In this document: positions 1 to 12,327 of the stretch, piece after piece
Position numbering within the stretch: position 1 is the first letter of the stretch
Layout of the letters: each line of letters begins with the position of its first letter
DNA from: Octopus sinensis
Lineage: Eukaryota
NCBI RefSeq assembly: GCF_006345805.1
Contig: NC_043003.1
Coordinates: forward strand, 103,912,001-103,976,000
Direction of reading: 5' to 3'
DNA length: 64,000 nucleotides
Translations under genes and position numbers: made by a program
Notes under the pieces: generated by a model
Databases searched by the model: none
Seen by the model: the letters and a program-made list of their open reading frames with translations, nothing else
What the model was told of the DNA's origin: nothing

Positions 1-824
1 ATCCTGATGCTTCTATTGAAAAATTTCTGGATCCTAAACAAATTTAGGCTACAGGTTCAAGAGAAAGATAGCAGAAATGATTATCAAGAAGACTGTGACA
101 GCCAATGAAGAAAATAATAATCGCAAAAGAGCACAACAATTTTTACTCTGCCTTTATAAAGAGCTCAAGCACCGTTTGCCAGAAAATATTAATATACTGA
201 GGAATATCAAATGTTTTTCAGTAGAGAATATTTTGCAGCATTTCAAAGAGCCAATTTTACTTGTCTTAGGAGCAATGCATTTAAATGAAGAAAAAGTTGC
301 TTCAATTGAAATTCAGTTTAATAGCATTCATTTAGTTAAATGGACAAATACGTCTAATACTGAGGCATTCTGGCTGTAAGTCTTGGAATATAAAGATGCT
401 ACTGGAGGAAATCCTTTTAGAGATGTTGCAAATTTTGCCATTAATCTATTGACATTGCCAAACTCAAATGCAGAAGTTGAACAGTTGCTCAGTAGAATGG
501 GTGTAATCAAATCAAAATTGAAAAACAAAATGCATCTTCCTATGCTGTCTATAAAATATGGCCTGAAAAGATATGGCAAATGTTGCAAAAACTTTGATGT
601 TCCAAAACACATAATTGACAAGATTGGGACCTTGAATGTATACAGAAGTCAAGACCTAGGCACTGCAGCTGTGAAATTCAAGAAATTATTTCTCAATGCT
701 GAATGTAATTAAAGAACGTAAATAAAAATTAAGCTTTTTGATATAATTAGTCTTTACCATTTTTCTGGTATTTTTTTTTTACTGAAATTTAGCATAAAAT
801 TCTGATTTTAAGTTGGCAACACTG
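1..824 (+). mobile_element. hAT-family DNA transposon, 3' remnant with pseudogenised transposase C-terminus
   Basis: ORFs 77-379 and 383-712 are in frame across one stop. They contain 'FRDVANFAINLLTLPNSNAEVEQLLS...KSKLKNKM', resembling the hAT C-terminal dimerisation motif. A putative terminus ttggcaacactg (813-824) reads CAGTGTTGCCAA on the reverse strand. Confidence 0.75.
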
Positions 825-1293
825 GGTATCACTGAAATAGGTAAGTGCTGGGGTAATTTTATTGTAGCAATTTAGGGTCATGTAGTGATTGCATATTTCT
901 GCTATGAAAATATACGAGACCTTTATGTCTCAGCTGGCAGGTGTTTTAAAGGTTCCTCTCTATGTAGACATGTCTAGTTTATGAATAGATGGCACCAGTT
1001 GAGGATGGGGTGAATGACTTTTAGGTAGGTGTGTGATCAAAAGTGAGAGTAAATAGATTATTAACGTGGAGAATGAATAGTGTAGAAGTCATTATTGAAA
1101 CATGGGATATCGATATTACCAAATTTAAAAGAATGTGATGTAATGGTTAGTTCTTCATTGCAGTCAAGGGTGACTGTAATCAATGGATGTGACGATTGTT
1201 CATTCAAAGGCGAAGGCTGCAAATCTTTAACTCAGGGGTCACCAATTTGAAATGGTTGATATTTGTTGGTTGCCAGTGTAACAGTTTGCATTA

Positions 1294-1710
1294 TCTCTAT
1301 ATATATAAATGGCAAAATGTCTGTGTGTGTGTCCTTTATACAAATCCACAATTTATCAGTTAGAGGGCTCGCACTTTCTATGGTCATTCAAAACCGTCCA
1401 AGGGTGGTCGTGCACATCTTTACATTTCCCCAGTCACCCCGCAAAGCCATGCAAAAATCAATAGAAGTGACTTTTTTGTTAATTTTTTTATCCAAATCCC
1501 AATCAAAATGCCCGAAACTTGATACGCCAATTGAATGCCAGCTAGCCAGGTCACAGTGCTAGTTATATATAGTGAAGTTAGCAGTTAGTGATTGTAATGA
1601 GTGCTGCTGTTGGAGATATGCAAGATGGGAGAAGAACAGTGATTGAAGTTGTAAAGAAATATTTATTTACTGTTACTTTGTATAATGCCATACCACGACG
1701 GGTCGGCTAG
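1294..1710 (+). mobile_element. Non-autonomous Helitron-like element
   Basis: Starts a|TCtctatatatataaa and ends with GC-rich cacgacgggtcgg followed by CTAG|t. No TSD. Confidence 0.55.
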
Positions 1711-2739
1711 TGTAACAGTATAACATAGTTCATAAAGCATTCAAAGTAAAGAAGGTTATGTGTGTACACAATCTCATAGTAGTATATATTTATATAGAGA
1801 GAGATATGGTAATGTTGCAGAGTAAAGAAAGTGAGAGTGGTGGGATGAAACAACTGCTTCATTGGTGAGTTACCATAGTTGTCTCTTTGTGCCTTTTCCT
1901 TCAGATGTGTTTTGTTCAGCCAGTCAACGAGACTCGGTTCTCACTAACTGACTTCGGCTTACAGAGTTCTTGCTTTTATAACTATCCAAAACCAGCCAGA
2001 AGGATAGACATTGTTGAGAACAATAAATTTTGTTGGAGGTCTGTTATCACTATTCTAACTTTTGGTGGCCTAGAAGAGATTAGCAGGGTCAAGTGGCAAA
2101 GACATTATTCTGCTTAGCAAAGGCATCTGGCAAATTTAACTGCTGTCACTCACAGAAAAACTATTGTTTTACCATGAGAAAAGTGCTGTTGAACTGTTAA
2201 ATGAAATTTAGCTGTTGAGGATCGAATCCATGCTATGCTTGCATGAAACCATTACAGTGACTCAAAGAAAGCAACTCAGCCCAGGCTGTGGAGAGAATGG
2301 TCCAGAAAGAAACAGTTGGAGAAATGTGAGACGTATATTTATATATTTTGTGAGTTATCTAGTGACCTACCTAGAGTCAGGAAAATACCCATCACACTCT
2401 ATAAATTGGTTGGTGTTAGGAAGAGCATCCAGCTGTAGAAACAGTCACTTCTATTGATTTTTAATGACTTTGCGGGCTGGCTGGTGAAATGTAAAGATGT
2501 GCACAACCACCCTTGGACAGCTTTGAATGACCATAGAAAGTGCGAGCCCTCTAACTGGACATTTTGCCGCTTATATATATAGAGAGAGAGATAATGCAAA
2601 CTGTTACACTGGCAACCAACAAATTGGAACTCGATACAGTCCTCTGGCTTATCCTGTTCAACTATCCAATCTATGCTGACATGGGATGGACAGTTTGACA
2701 GGGGTGTATACATACATGCCTGCATGCATGTTAAGAAAG

Positions 2740-3175
2740 TCTGAAGGGTGTCTCACTGGTCCACAAGGAGACAGAAATACCAAAGTTACACAGTTTCTTT
2801 GTGGATTACTTGAAAATATATGCCAAACATATGCACGACATGAAAAAGTGTGTTAACCTGGTTACAAAATTCTTGAAGGATGTAAGGTTGCATTTTAATC
2901 AAGATAAATGTTGCTATTTGGTTGTCAAAAGAGGGAAAACTGTAAACCAGACTAGCAGCATCTTTATCAATGACTTAACTATTTTCCCTATATCTGATAA
3001 GTAATGTTACAGGTGCCTAGGAGTAAATGAAAACATATTATGATAGCACCAGTAACAAGACACGTGTCACTAAAGAATATTACAGCTGAATAAAGAAAAT
3101 ATGGACCTCAGAGCTCTCTGCATCCAATAAAACAGTGGCTCACATTGTGTTTGCAGTACCAGTACTCATATCAAC
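2740..3175 (+). mobile_element. R4/Dong-like non-LTR retrotransposon RT fragment (degenerate)
   Basis: Translation 'GPQGDRNTKVT..FFVDYLKIYA...LHFNQDKC..L.VKRGK' followed by a YKYLG-like motif (YRCLG), with stops and frameshifts. Confidence 0.6.
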
Positions 3176-4169
3176 AGATTTTCTATGGCTGGATGCCTTT
3201 CCTGTTGCCAACACTCGCTTATTTCCAAGCAAGGCAATATTCTCCCCTGGCCAGACATGTTTTGTGCAGAAGATTTGAAAGGAACAATGTTGCTTGTGGA
3301 CAAACACACACACAATGAGCTTCTTTCAGTTTCCATCTACTAAATCCACTAGGCTTTGGTCAGCTCATGTCTATAATACATAAGGTGCTATGCAGTGGGA
3401 CTGGATCCTCTGTCACATGGTTGGGAAGCAGGCACCACACCTGTGCCACATAGTTATGGTTTGTCCACATTACTCCATAAGGAGTATAGGGTTGGTTTTC
3501 TGGTTTTTCTGGTGTATATATTCCTTCCCAGATAGGATGCTGGTCCATTGCTAGAAAACTCATTTTTGCCAGCTGAGTGGAATGGTGCTATGTGAAATGA
3601 AGTGTTTTGCTCAAGAGCACAATGCATCGCCCGATCCAGGAATTGAAACCATAATCTTACGATCATGAGTCCAATGCCCTAACCACTAAGCCATGTGCCT
3701 CCACCTGTGCCATACACACACATACACACATATATTTACAGCCTTAGTTTTAAGGTTCTCATGTCAATGACAAAAAGAAAATAACTTATGCTTCCATAGA
3801 TTGGTCAATATTCCAGTTTATAGAAAACCAAATAGGGTCAAAAGCTTTGCCATTGTTCTCAAAAGCAAGGTCTCACTGGTGTGTGTTATAGGAGGAGAAA
3901 TATTTGGTAGATTTGGTTCCACAAAAACTATACATAATAAAGTTAGTGAAGTCCACTTCCCATGCTAGCATGGGTGGGATAGGCCTCAGCAAGCTAAACC
4001 TTTCAGGAGAGATGACAAAGTCGACCTCGGCGGAATTTGAACTCACAACGTAACGGCAGACAAAATACCGCTAAGCATTTCACCCGGCGCGCTAACGTTT
4101 CTGCCAGCTCGCCGCCAAGCGGCGGAAAATAATTATAGCATGTCTAGTCATCCATAGCTATGGTTGCTA

Positions 4170-4480
4170 TCCAATTGCCGGTTCTCTTTTTTAAACTTCC
4201 CATGCTGACATCTCCGTCGGCCGGAAAGCGATCGTTGCTCCCCAGGTATGTACAGTACACTTCATTCGCATATCGATCCTCATTTGTATTTATAGTCCTG
4301 TTGCATACGAATCATACACCAGTTACTCGACATATTAACTACAAAACATTTGTAACACTTCATCACGCCTTCTCAGTCGATGACAAAGTGTGGAGGTTTT
4401 TTAATTTAAAATTTTTTTTCTTGTCTTGAGATGTGTTGCCGGCCAGAGAGAAATGTTGCTGGCTGTTTGGTGTCGGTGGA
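4170..4480 (+). promoter_or_regulatory. Candidate promoter / non-coding first exon of the ZNF gene at 12328
   Basis: CpG-enriched patch with CCAAT and an ETS-like ccggaa, and a splice donor cag|gtatgt after 4245. Homologous to 21065-21320 upstream of the paralog. Confidence 0.55.
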
Positions 4481-5287
4481 CAGGGCGACCGCATAGTAAA
4501 TCTACAAGACATCAAGATCGACAGAGAGAAATGGTGTGACACGGTCTGGGATTTGGACAAGAGCTATTTGCATGGTCAATGTGGGTTCGAATTGTGTTGA
4601 AGTCAGTCATTTAGATACCGTGCAGATTTTAATTAATCACCCACCCTCTTTTCTCACCTATCGTAGAGCCTTTAACGTAAATATGTGTTGGATTACTCTA
4701 ATCCTCACATAGAAACCTCACTTAATCCCCTAATGTTTGTTTTGGCATATGGTCACCCTCTCGCTATAGAATATATTATCAACGACCTTTCCCCATTTTC
4801 ATATTCTTACCGTCTGCCGTCTGTTTCTCTGATCTGAGCAGTGTCATTAAATATTGCTTATGTTGTTGTTGGTGTTGTAGGTGGTCTGATCGTTGTTTGG
4901 TGTTTCAAGCCCTAAGCCAGTTCTGAGCAATGGTCATCCTGTCTTATTTTCGGACATAGCGCATGTAGATTGCTAATGCTGTTGTTGTTGTTGGTGGTGA
5001 TGATGATGATGGTGGTGGTGAGGATTAAATATTGGGCGTTCCTCTTACAAGCGTCAATGTTACTATGTTACTGATACGTTGGTTATAATAGTGATGGTGA
5101 TGGTGATGGTGGTGTAGTGGTGGTGGTGATAGTGGTGATTATAATGATGATTGTGATGGTGGTGGTGGTGGTGCCGCTGCTAGTAATGATATTGGTGGTG
5201 GAGATTGTTATCGTCAAACAATTGGAGGTAATTGTAGTGATGATAGTGGACTGAAAAGCCTATTATTAGTAGTAGTCTTAGAAGTAA

Positions 5288-5495
5288 GGCGGTGAGCTGG
5301 TCGAGTCGTTAGCATGCTGGACAAAATGCTTAGCGGCATTTCGTCTGTCTTTGTGTTCTGAGTTCAAATTCCGCCAAGGTCGACTTTTCCTTTCATACCT
5401 TCGGGGTCGATGAAATAAATATCAGTTGAACACTGGGGTCGATGCAATCGACTTACTCTTTCCTTGAAATTGATGGCCCTGTGTCAAAATTTGAA
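5288..5495 (+). mobile_element. tRNA-derived SINE family B (Deu/Nin-domain-like core)
   Basis: Head ggcggtgagctgg...gagttcaaattcc (A/B boxes), core gtcgactt..cctttcat.ccttcggggtcga..aaata, ending at a (TAA)n run. Many further copies in the window. Confidence 0.75.
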
Positions 5496-5496
5496 A

Positions 5497-6200
5497 TAAT
5501 AATAATAATAATAATTGTGTACAGTGCTCAGGTGCACTACACTCATCTAAAGTGTATATATAATCAGGTTAGTTTCGGCGGATTTCGGAAAGCATGAGGG
5601 CCTAAAAGATGCGTGTCATGGCAGTCAACAACTGACGCAGGCAGTTATCCATGCTTCAGCAACTCTGAGCGTGAAAAATGTTTCCGAAAGTCATGGGAGC
5701 TGTATTGTTTTTGACTTTGTAGGCATGTCCACGTGTGTTAGACACATGGAGATCAAAAAGGTGTTCAGTGTTGTTGTTGTGAGGTGGTTGATAACTTTGT
5801 GGGTGTTTACAAGTCCGTCGCCAAACGCCGGAGCTTCAGTGAATCCATGCCCAGGGAAAACAAGGCGCTCAGAATAGGTAGGTGTCTGATGGAGGGTATG
5901 CGTTTGGTTGCCACTCTCTGGACAGATTCCAGGAGGTCAATGTTCTGTGCAAGATAGGGGTTCCAAACTGATGATGCGAATTCCAAGTGTGGTCGTACCA
6001 TAGCTGTATACAGTTTTAAATAGATGGCTGGAGAGCGCTAACAAAAGACCTGCTGAGTGATGCCAAGACACCTCGGCCTCCTGACATCTTAGAGATATGC
6101 TTTGACCAACGCAAATCACTGCTGACAGTGATGCCTAGGTCACGCTCGCAAGAGGATTTCTTGATATCAGTTGTGGAGGGAGTATGTGAACGCAGGGTTT
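5497..6200 (-). mobile_element. CR1 LINE 3' fragment
   Basis: 'VRPHLEFASSVWNPYLAQNIDLLESVQRVATKRIPSIRHLP' and 'ERDLGITVSSDLRWSKHI'. The 3' UTR is shared with copies at 54225 and 62025. Confidence 0.85.
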
Positions 6201-6221
6201 TTTCTATTATTATTACTATTA

Positions 6222-6735
6222 TTATTGAGTGAGAGAGCAGTGCATGCCATGAAAGTGAAACTGGGGTAAAATGTATGAAACCCAGTATACCCATCATGAT
6301 TACCCATCTGATCAAGGTACACCAGGCACATGCACCACAACCACATATGCACGACATGGTGATCTTATATCAAGATAAACAGCACATGACCTTGCAGGTG
6401 GGGCCCCGGTTATAATTTTCTTTGGGTCGAGTAGCCCAATCTGCTTGTAAGGTCTCTGAATAAGGGTTGTTTAAAGATGTTGAATGAAACACCCATGTTT
6501 CCAAGGGTGAATTATCCAAACCCCAAAGAATTCCTCTCAATACATTGCTATGATGCTCCTCCACTATTTCTGCTTGTGATCAGAGATGCACATATCGTCA
6601 ACCACTAAGGGACATGATCAACTGGTTATGGTCAAACAACTGACAAGCAAATCTGTGGTATTGAGCAGAATATTTGCTGTAGCCCATCTTTTATATCAAG
6701 ACCAAGACCAAGACAAAACAATGTACATGATAACA
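6222..6735 (-). mobile_element. Interspersed repeat, probable 3' UTR of a (TAA)n-tailed LINE
   Basis: Reverse-complement match to 55849-56390 (tgcactgctctctcactc + taataa tail). Confidence 0.6.
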
Positions 6736-6777
6736 TTATTATTATTATCATCATCATCATCATCATCATTATTAGTC

Positions 6778-7192
6778 AGGCAGTGACCTGGCAGGATCAT
6801 TAGCACACTGGACAAAATACTTAGCAGCATTTTGTTCGTCTTTACATTGTGAGTTCAAATTTCACTGAGGTTGACGATAATTTAAGTACCAGTAAAATAC
6901 TGGGGGTTGATATAATCGACTATGCCTCTACCCCAAATTTCAGGCCTTCTGCCTATAGTAGAAAGGATTATTATTAAGTCAGGTGGTCACCTGGCTGAAT
7001 CGTTAGCATGTCGGGCAAAATGCTTAGCAGCATTTCGTTCATCTTTGCGTTGTGAGTTCAAATTCCGCCGAGGTCGACTTTGTCTTTGATCCTTCTGGGG
7101 TTGATAAATTAAGTATCAGTGAAACACTGGCTTGATATAATCAACTAGTCTCCTCCACCAAAATTTCAAGCCTTGTGCCTTTAGTAGAATGG

Positions 7193-7195
<3 letters not shown>
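6778..7195 (+). mobile_element. Two tandem SINE family B copies
   Basis: Two consecutive heads/cores at about 6778-6970 and 6980-7195, ending at the (TAT)n run. Confidence 0.7.

Positions 7196-7254
<59 letters not shown>
7195..7254. repeat. (TAT)n microsatellite
   Basis: About 20 perfect units. Confidence 0.95.
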
Positions 7255-7700
7255 CTTCAGCCTAGTTGTGATGAAGACATACTTATGATCAAGAACATTC
7301 CAGTTGGAACCATACTGCTTTTTTCTTTTTTTTCTTTTTCTAATATAACTTTCTAAGATAACTTTCTCCAATGTGTTATATTTTTATTTTCTTTTTAAGA
7401 CAGTAATTTAACCTTCCACATTTCTGCCATCAACAGTTGCCCTTATGAACCTTGGACGATACAATGTCAACCAATCTTTCAATCACAATAGACCCTATAC
7501 TCTCTTACAGCATCCTGACCAGATAACTACACTTTTAAGCTATTAAACCTACCTTTTCCTCAGCTGCTTTGTCAGTGTACTATAGAGTAACAAAAAGTTT
7601 CACATTCCAAGAATTTTGCTTAGTATTATTATAGTGCTTGTAATAGTAGTAGTAGTATATATATATATTTATACATATATTATATATAAATATATACATA

Positions 7701-7865
7701 GGCGCAGGAGTGGCTGTGTGGTAAGTAGCTTGCTAACCAACCACATGGCTCGGGGTTCAGTCCCACTGCGTGGCATCTTGGGCAAGTGTCTTCTGCTATA
7801 GCCTCGGGCCGACCAAAGCCTTGTGAGTGGATTTGGTAGATGGAAACTGAAAGAAGCCTGTTGTA

Positions 7866-7916
<51 letters not shown>

Positions 7917-8125
7917 GTTTGTGTGTCTGTGTTTGTCCCCCTAGCATTGCTTGACAACCGATCCTGGTGTGTTTACGTCCCCGTCACTTGGCGGTTCGGC
8001 AAAAGAGACCGATAGAATAAGTACTGGGCTTACAAAGAATAAGTCCTGGGGTCGATTTGCTCGACTAAAGGCGGTGCTCCAGCATGGCCGCAGTCAAATG
8101 CCTGAAACAAGTAAAAGAGTAAAGA
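7701..8125 (+). mobile_element. tRNA-derived SINE family A, full length, with internal (TA)/(TG) microsatellite
   Basis: A box tggctgtgtgg, B box ggttcagtccc, and an aagtaaaagagtaaagag tail. Multiple near-identical copies in the window. Confidence 0.85.
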
Positions 8126-8242
8126 GTATGGACGTTAAATGATGATGATGACACACAAACACACACACAGGTGCTGAAAGGTCCCTGGCTTTGAGTAAAA
8201 GCAGACACAGGGTAATCAGTTTTCTTTTAGGGTAATCAGTTT

Positions 8243-8718
8243 TCTTTTACTTGTTTCAGTCATTTGACTGTGGCCATGCTGGAGCATTGCCTTAAAGGAT
8301 GTTAGTTGAAGAAATTGACCTCAGGACTTATTCTTTGTAGGCCCAGTACTTATTTTGTCAGTCTCTTTTGCTGAACCGCTAAGTGACGGGGACATAAACA
8401 CACCTGCATCGGTTGTTAAGTGATGGCGGGGTGAGAAACACACACACACACAAGCATATACATACATGCATACATGCATGCATGCATACATACATACGTA
8501 CGTATGCACACACACATACACACATACACACACACACACATACACATACATACACGACAGGCTTCTTTCAATTTCCGTCTACGAAATCCAATCCACTCAT
8601 AAGGCTTTGGTCGGCCCGAGGCTATAGTAGAAGACATTTGCCCAAGGTGTCACGCAGTGGGATCAAACCCGGAACCATTTGGTTGGTAAGCAAGCTTCTT
8701 ACCACACAGCCACATCTG
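8243..8718 (-). mobile_element. SINE family A, inverted relative to 7701-8125
   Basis: Reverse complement of the family A head, body and tail. Confidence 0.85.
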
Positions 8719-9304
8719 TCATCATCATCATCATCGTCGTTTAATGTCCGCTTTCCATGCTAACATGGGTTGATGATTTTATTCAACATATTCTCCTCCT
8801 CTCAGATTCACACACTTATTGCAGTGGTTCATCAGTTTTTCTAAGTCCTGTAAAAGAACCTGGAAGTTTAGGCATCCAGCTGTAGAAACCAAGCCTAATC
8901 AGATTGGAACCTGGTGCAGCTCTCTCTTGCATACCAGCTCTTTTATCTTTGACTTTTTACTTGTTTCAGTAAACAGCCATGCAGGGGTACCACCGTGAAG
9001 AATTTTTTGTTAAACCTATTCACTCCAATACTTATTTTTTAAAGCCTGGTACTTATTCTATCAGTCTCTTATGCCAAACCACTAAGTTACAGGGATGTAA
9101 ACACGCCAGCACCAGTTGTCAAGTTGTAACAGAGATACAAAAGCACACACACACACACACATGTATATATATATATATGGATAAATTCTAACACTATAAT
9201 ATTCTTAACAATCAAATCAACCTCTCTGTATGTATATCTACCCTCTTTATAATGTTAGCAATTGACATTGAAATAAGTATATGTATTGATGGAAAACCTC
9301 TATT

Positions 9305-9396
9305 AATGGCTGAAGATTGCTCAACATTTTAAAACTGATGTAATACTTACAATGTTTAATAAAATGATGTAGCATGAAACGATCATACCAAATTAC
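9305..9396 (+). ncRNA. Degenerate type I hammerhead-ribozyme-like motif (probably a Penelope terminal-repeat remnant)
   Basis: tgg-CTGAAGA(9310-9316), a long imperfect stem II (tgct...agca), then GAAAC-gatc-ATA-cca. The palindromic GATC stem III loop resembles minimal dimeric hammerheads. Confidence 0.45.
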
Positions 9397-9422
9397 CGAA
9401 GATATTCTTGTTGCTTACTTGG

Positions 9423-9459
<37 letters not shown>

Positions 9460-9461
<2 letters not shown>

Positions 9462-11213
9462 TCATCATCATCATCGTTTAACGTCCGTTCTCCATGCTAG
9501 CATGGGTTGGACGGTTCGACCGGGGATCTGGGAAGCCAGAAGGCTGCACCAGGCTCCGGTCTTATCTGGCAATGTTTCTACAGCTGGATGCCCTTTCTAA
9601 CGCCAACCACTCCGTGAGTGTAGTGGGTGCTTTTTACGTGCCACCTGCACTGGTGCCAGGCGAGGCTGGCATCGGCCACGGTCAGATTGGTGCATTTTAC
9701 GTGCCACATGCACGGAAGCCAGTCAAGGCAGCACTGGCTTCGGCCACGATTCGGATGGTGCTTTTTACGTGCCACCAACATGGAAGCCAGTCGAGGCGGC
9801 GCTGGCATCGGCCACGATTCGGATAGTGCTTTTTATGTATCTCCAGTCCAGGGGTCCTGGCATCTGCTGGGTGCCAGTCATAGGATTGGTTCAATTTCGA
9901 TTTCACTTGCCCCAACAGGTCTTCGCAAGCAAAGGGGGGTTGGCATAGGTGCCTGTCATCGGATGAGGTTCGATATCGACTTCGCTTGCCTCAACAGGTC
10001 TTTGTGTGTCCAAGGGAGGAAAGGCATGTATAAGTGGGCTGGGCTCACTTGTCCTGCCTGGTCTTTTCACGCACAGCACATTTCCAAAGGTCTCGGTCGC
10101 TGGTCATTTCCTCAGTGAGACCTAAAGTTCGAAGGTCGTACTTCACCACCTCGTCCCAAGTTTTCCTGGGTCTACCTCTTCCACGGGTTCCCTCCACTGC
10201 TAGGGATTGGCACTTTTTCACACACCTATCTTCATCCATTCTCGCCACATGACCATACCAGCGCAATCGTCTCTCTTGCACACCACAACTGATGCTCCTT
10301 AGGTCCAACATTTCTCTCAGGGTACTAATGCTCTGTCGAGCATGCACACTGACATTACACATCCATCGGAGCATACTGGCTTCATTTCTCGCGAGCTTAC
10401 GCATGTCCTCAGCAGTCATGGCCCATGTTTCACTGCCATGTAGCATGGCTGTTCGTACACACGCATCATACAGTCTGCCTTTTACTCTGAGCGAGAGGCC
10501 TTTAGTCACCAGCAGAGGTAAGAGCTCCCTAAACTTTGCCCAGGCTATTCTTACTCTAGCCGTTACACTTTCAGCACACCCACCCCCACTACTGACTTGG
10601 TCACCAAGATAATGGAAGCTATCAACTACTTCTAGTTTTTTCCCCTGGAAAGTGACGGAAGTTGTTTTCTGCAGATTTTCAGAGGTTAATGCTCCCGAGC
10701 ATCTGCCACATACAAAAACCATCTTCCTAGTTAGCCTTCCTTTGATATTGCTGCACCTCTTATGTGTCCATAGCTTACACTTGGTGCATCTTATAGAGTT
10801 TCTACCTACACCTTTTCTACAGATCGAGCAGGGCCATCTACCTGAAGGCGTTTGTGATTTATCTACCTTCCTACTTATTACGACTTTGGTTTTAGCTAGA
10901 TTGACTCTAAGGCCCTTCGATTCTAAACCTTGCTTCCACACCTGAAACTTCTCCTCCAGTTCTGATAGTGACTCAGCAATTAGAGCAAGGTCATCAGCAT
11001 AGAGGAGCTCCCAGGGACATCCTGTCTTGAATTCCTCTGTTATTGCCTGGAGAACTATGATAAATAGGAGGGGGCTGAGGACTGAGCCTTGGTGGACCCC
11101 TACCTCTACCTGGAATTCTTCACTGTACTCGTTGCCAACCCTCACCTTACTAGCAGCGTCCCTGTACATGGCTCGCACAGCTCTCACTAACTATTCATCT
11201 ATCCCTAGTTCCC
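9460..11213 (-). mobile_element. RTE-clade LINE, 5'-truncated, young
   Basis: ORF 10045-11187 with GVHQGSVLSPLLF, LLYADDL, FHYLG, LHGSETW and RLRWYGHV motifs. The 3' UTR has ~57-bp tandem units and a (GAT)n tail abutting a (TA)n run. Confidence 0.95.
10045..11187 (-). pseudogene. RTE ORF2 C-terminal part: RT motifs, C4HC3 PHD-like finger, thumb
   Basis: 380-aa uninterrupted frame preceded by an in-frame TAG (LGIDE*LVRAV). The endonuclease and N-terminal RT are missing. Confidence 0.9.
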
Positions 11214-12327
11214 TGTTTTCATTACTTTCACTGATTCCTAACTCAACATTCCTCTGAGAAAGATATTTTCTTTTAAAGTAAATATGTGTAGGTTTGTTCT
11301 TCTCCACCCGTACTCACTGAGTGAACAGAGATGAAAATAAACGTATATCACTCAGTATGTTATAAGCAAAAGAAGATGTGTATCAGGGCAACTCGTCAAT
11401 TCATTGATGTTTCATTATCAGAGAGATTCATAAATGACCAATGGGTCCTCTTGGTCTTGTCTGGTCATGGGGAAATATCACTTTACTTGGAAACAGGTGA
11501 ACATTAAAGATAGGAAGGGCATCTGACTGTAGAAAACTTGCCTCAACAAATTCCGTCTTAACCCATGCAAGCTTAGATATTGGACATTAATTAAAATGAT
11601 GATGATGGCATACATAAAATATATACATACACACACACACAGAAGTTATGCTTCAGTGCTCATGACTGTCAGTTCTCCATTGTGTTTAGTTGTCAGGTCA
11701 CTGCTCACTGACCTCTGACTCATCAACTCTGTCTCTGTGTTCATTATTCTTTTTATCAGCTGTGAAGAGAATTAGAGCTTGACTGATTTTCAAGCAATAA
11801 TTTTGGATTCATTAGAATTTTTACTGTCATCTGTCAAAGAATTTAATGTGTCCTTATTGAATATCATTGGTTAGATTTTTTTTGTGTGATGTCATTACAT
11901 CCAGGAGTTGCTTTATCCAAATTCCAAAACTTTCTAGAAAACTTTGAACAGATTTTTGCTGACATGGCAAAGTACTGGTTACAACCTTTGTAACCAAAAT
12001 GTTCCAAGTTTGAATCATGGTATAGATCTACACATATATCGTAGATTTTGGTCTTATAATGAGATGGCTTCTCTAATATCAATTCCTTCTTTGTAGCTTA
12101 AATAATTGTTTTATGTAGATAGGATTTACTAAAGGACACTTTGTAATGTCTGTGTTAAGATTTCAAACTGATTTAGAAATAGTTTATTGTTTCTCCATTT
12201 GAACAATTTGAAATTAAGTGAAACAGTGCTACTAAAGGAGTCTTTTCCTTTATTTCAGTACCAATGGTCATTTGAAAATGAAACACAAGTGTAACTGGCA
12301 TTGAGCTCTCAGATCTATCTCTTAAAA

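Noticed and set aside
10045-11187. Domesticated or autonomous RT gene
   Set aside because: 5'-truncated with an upstream in-frame stop and no endonuclease. The open frame is explained by the copy's youth.
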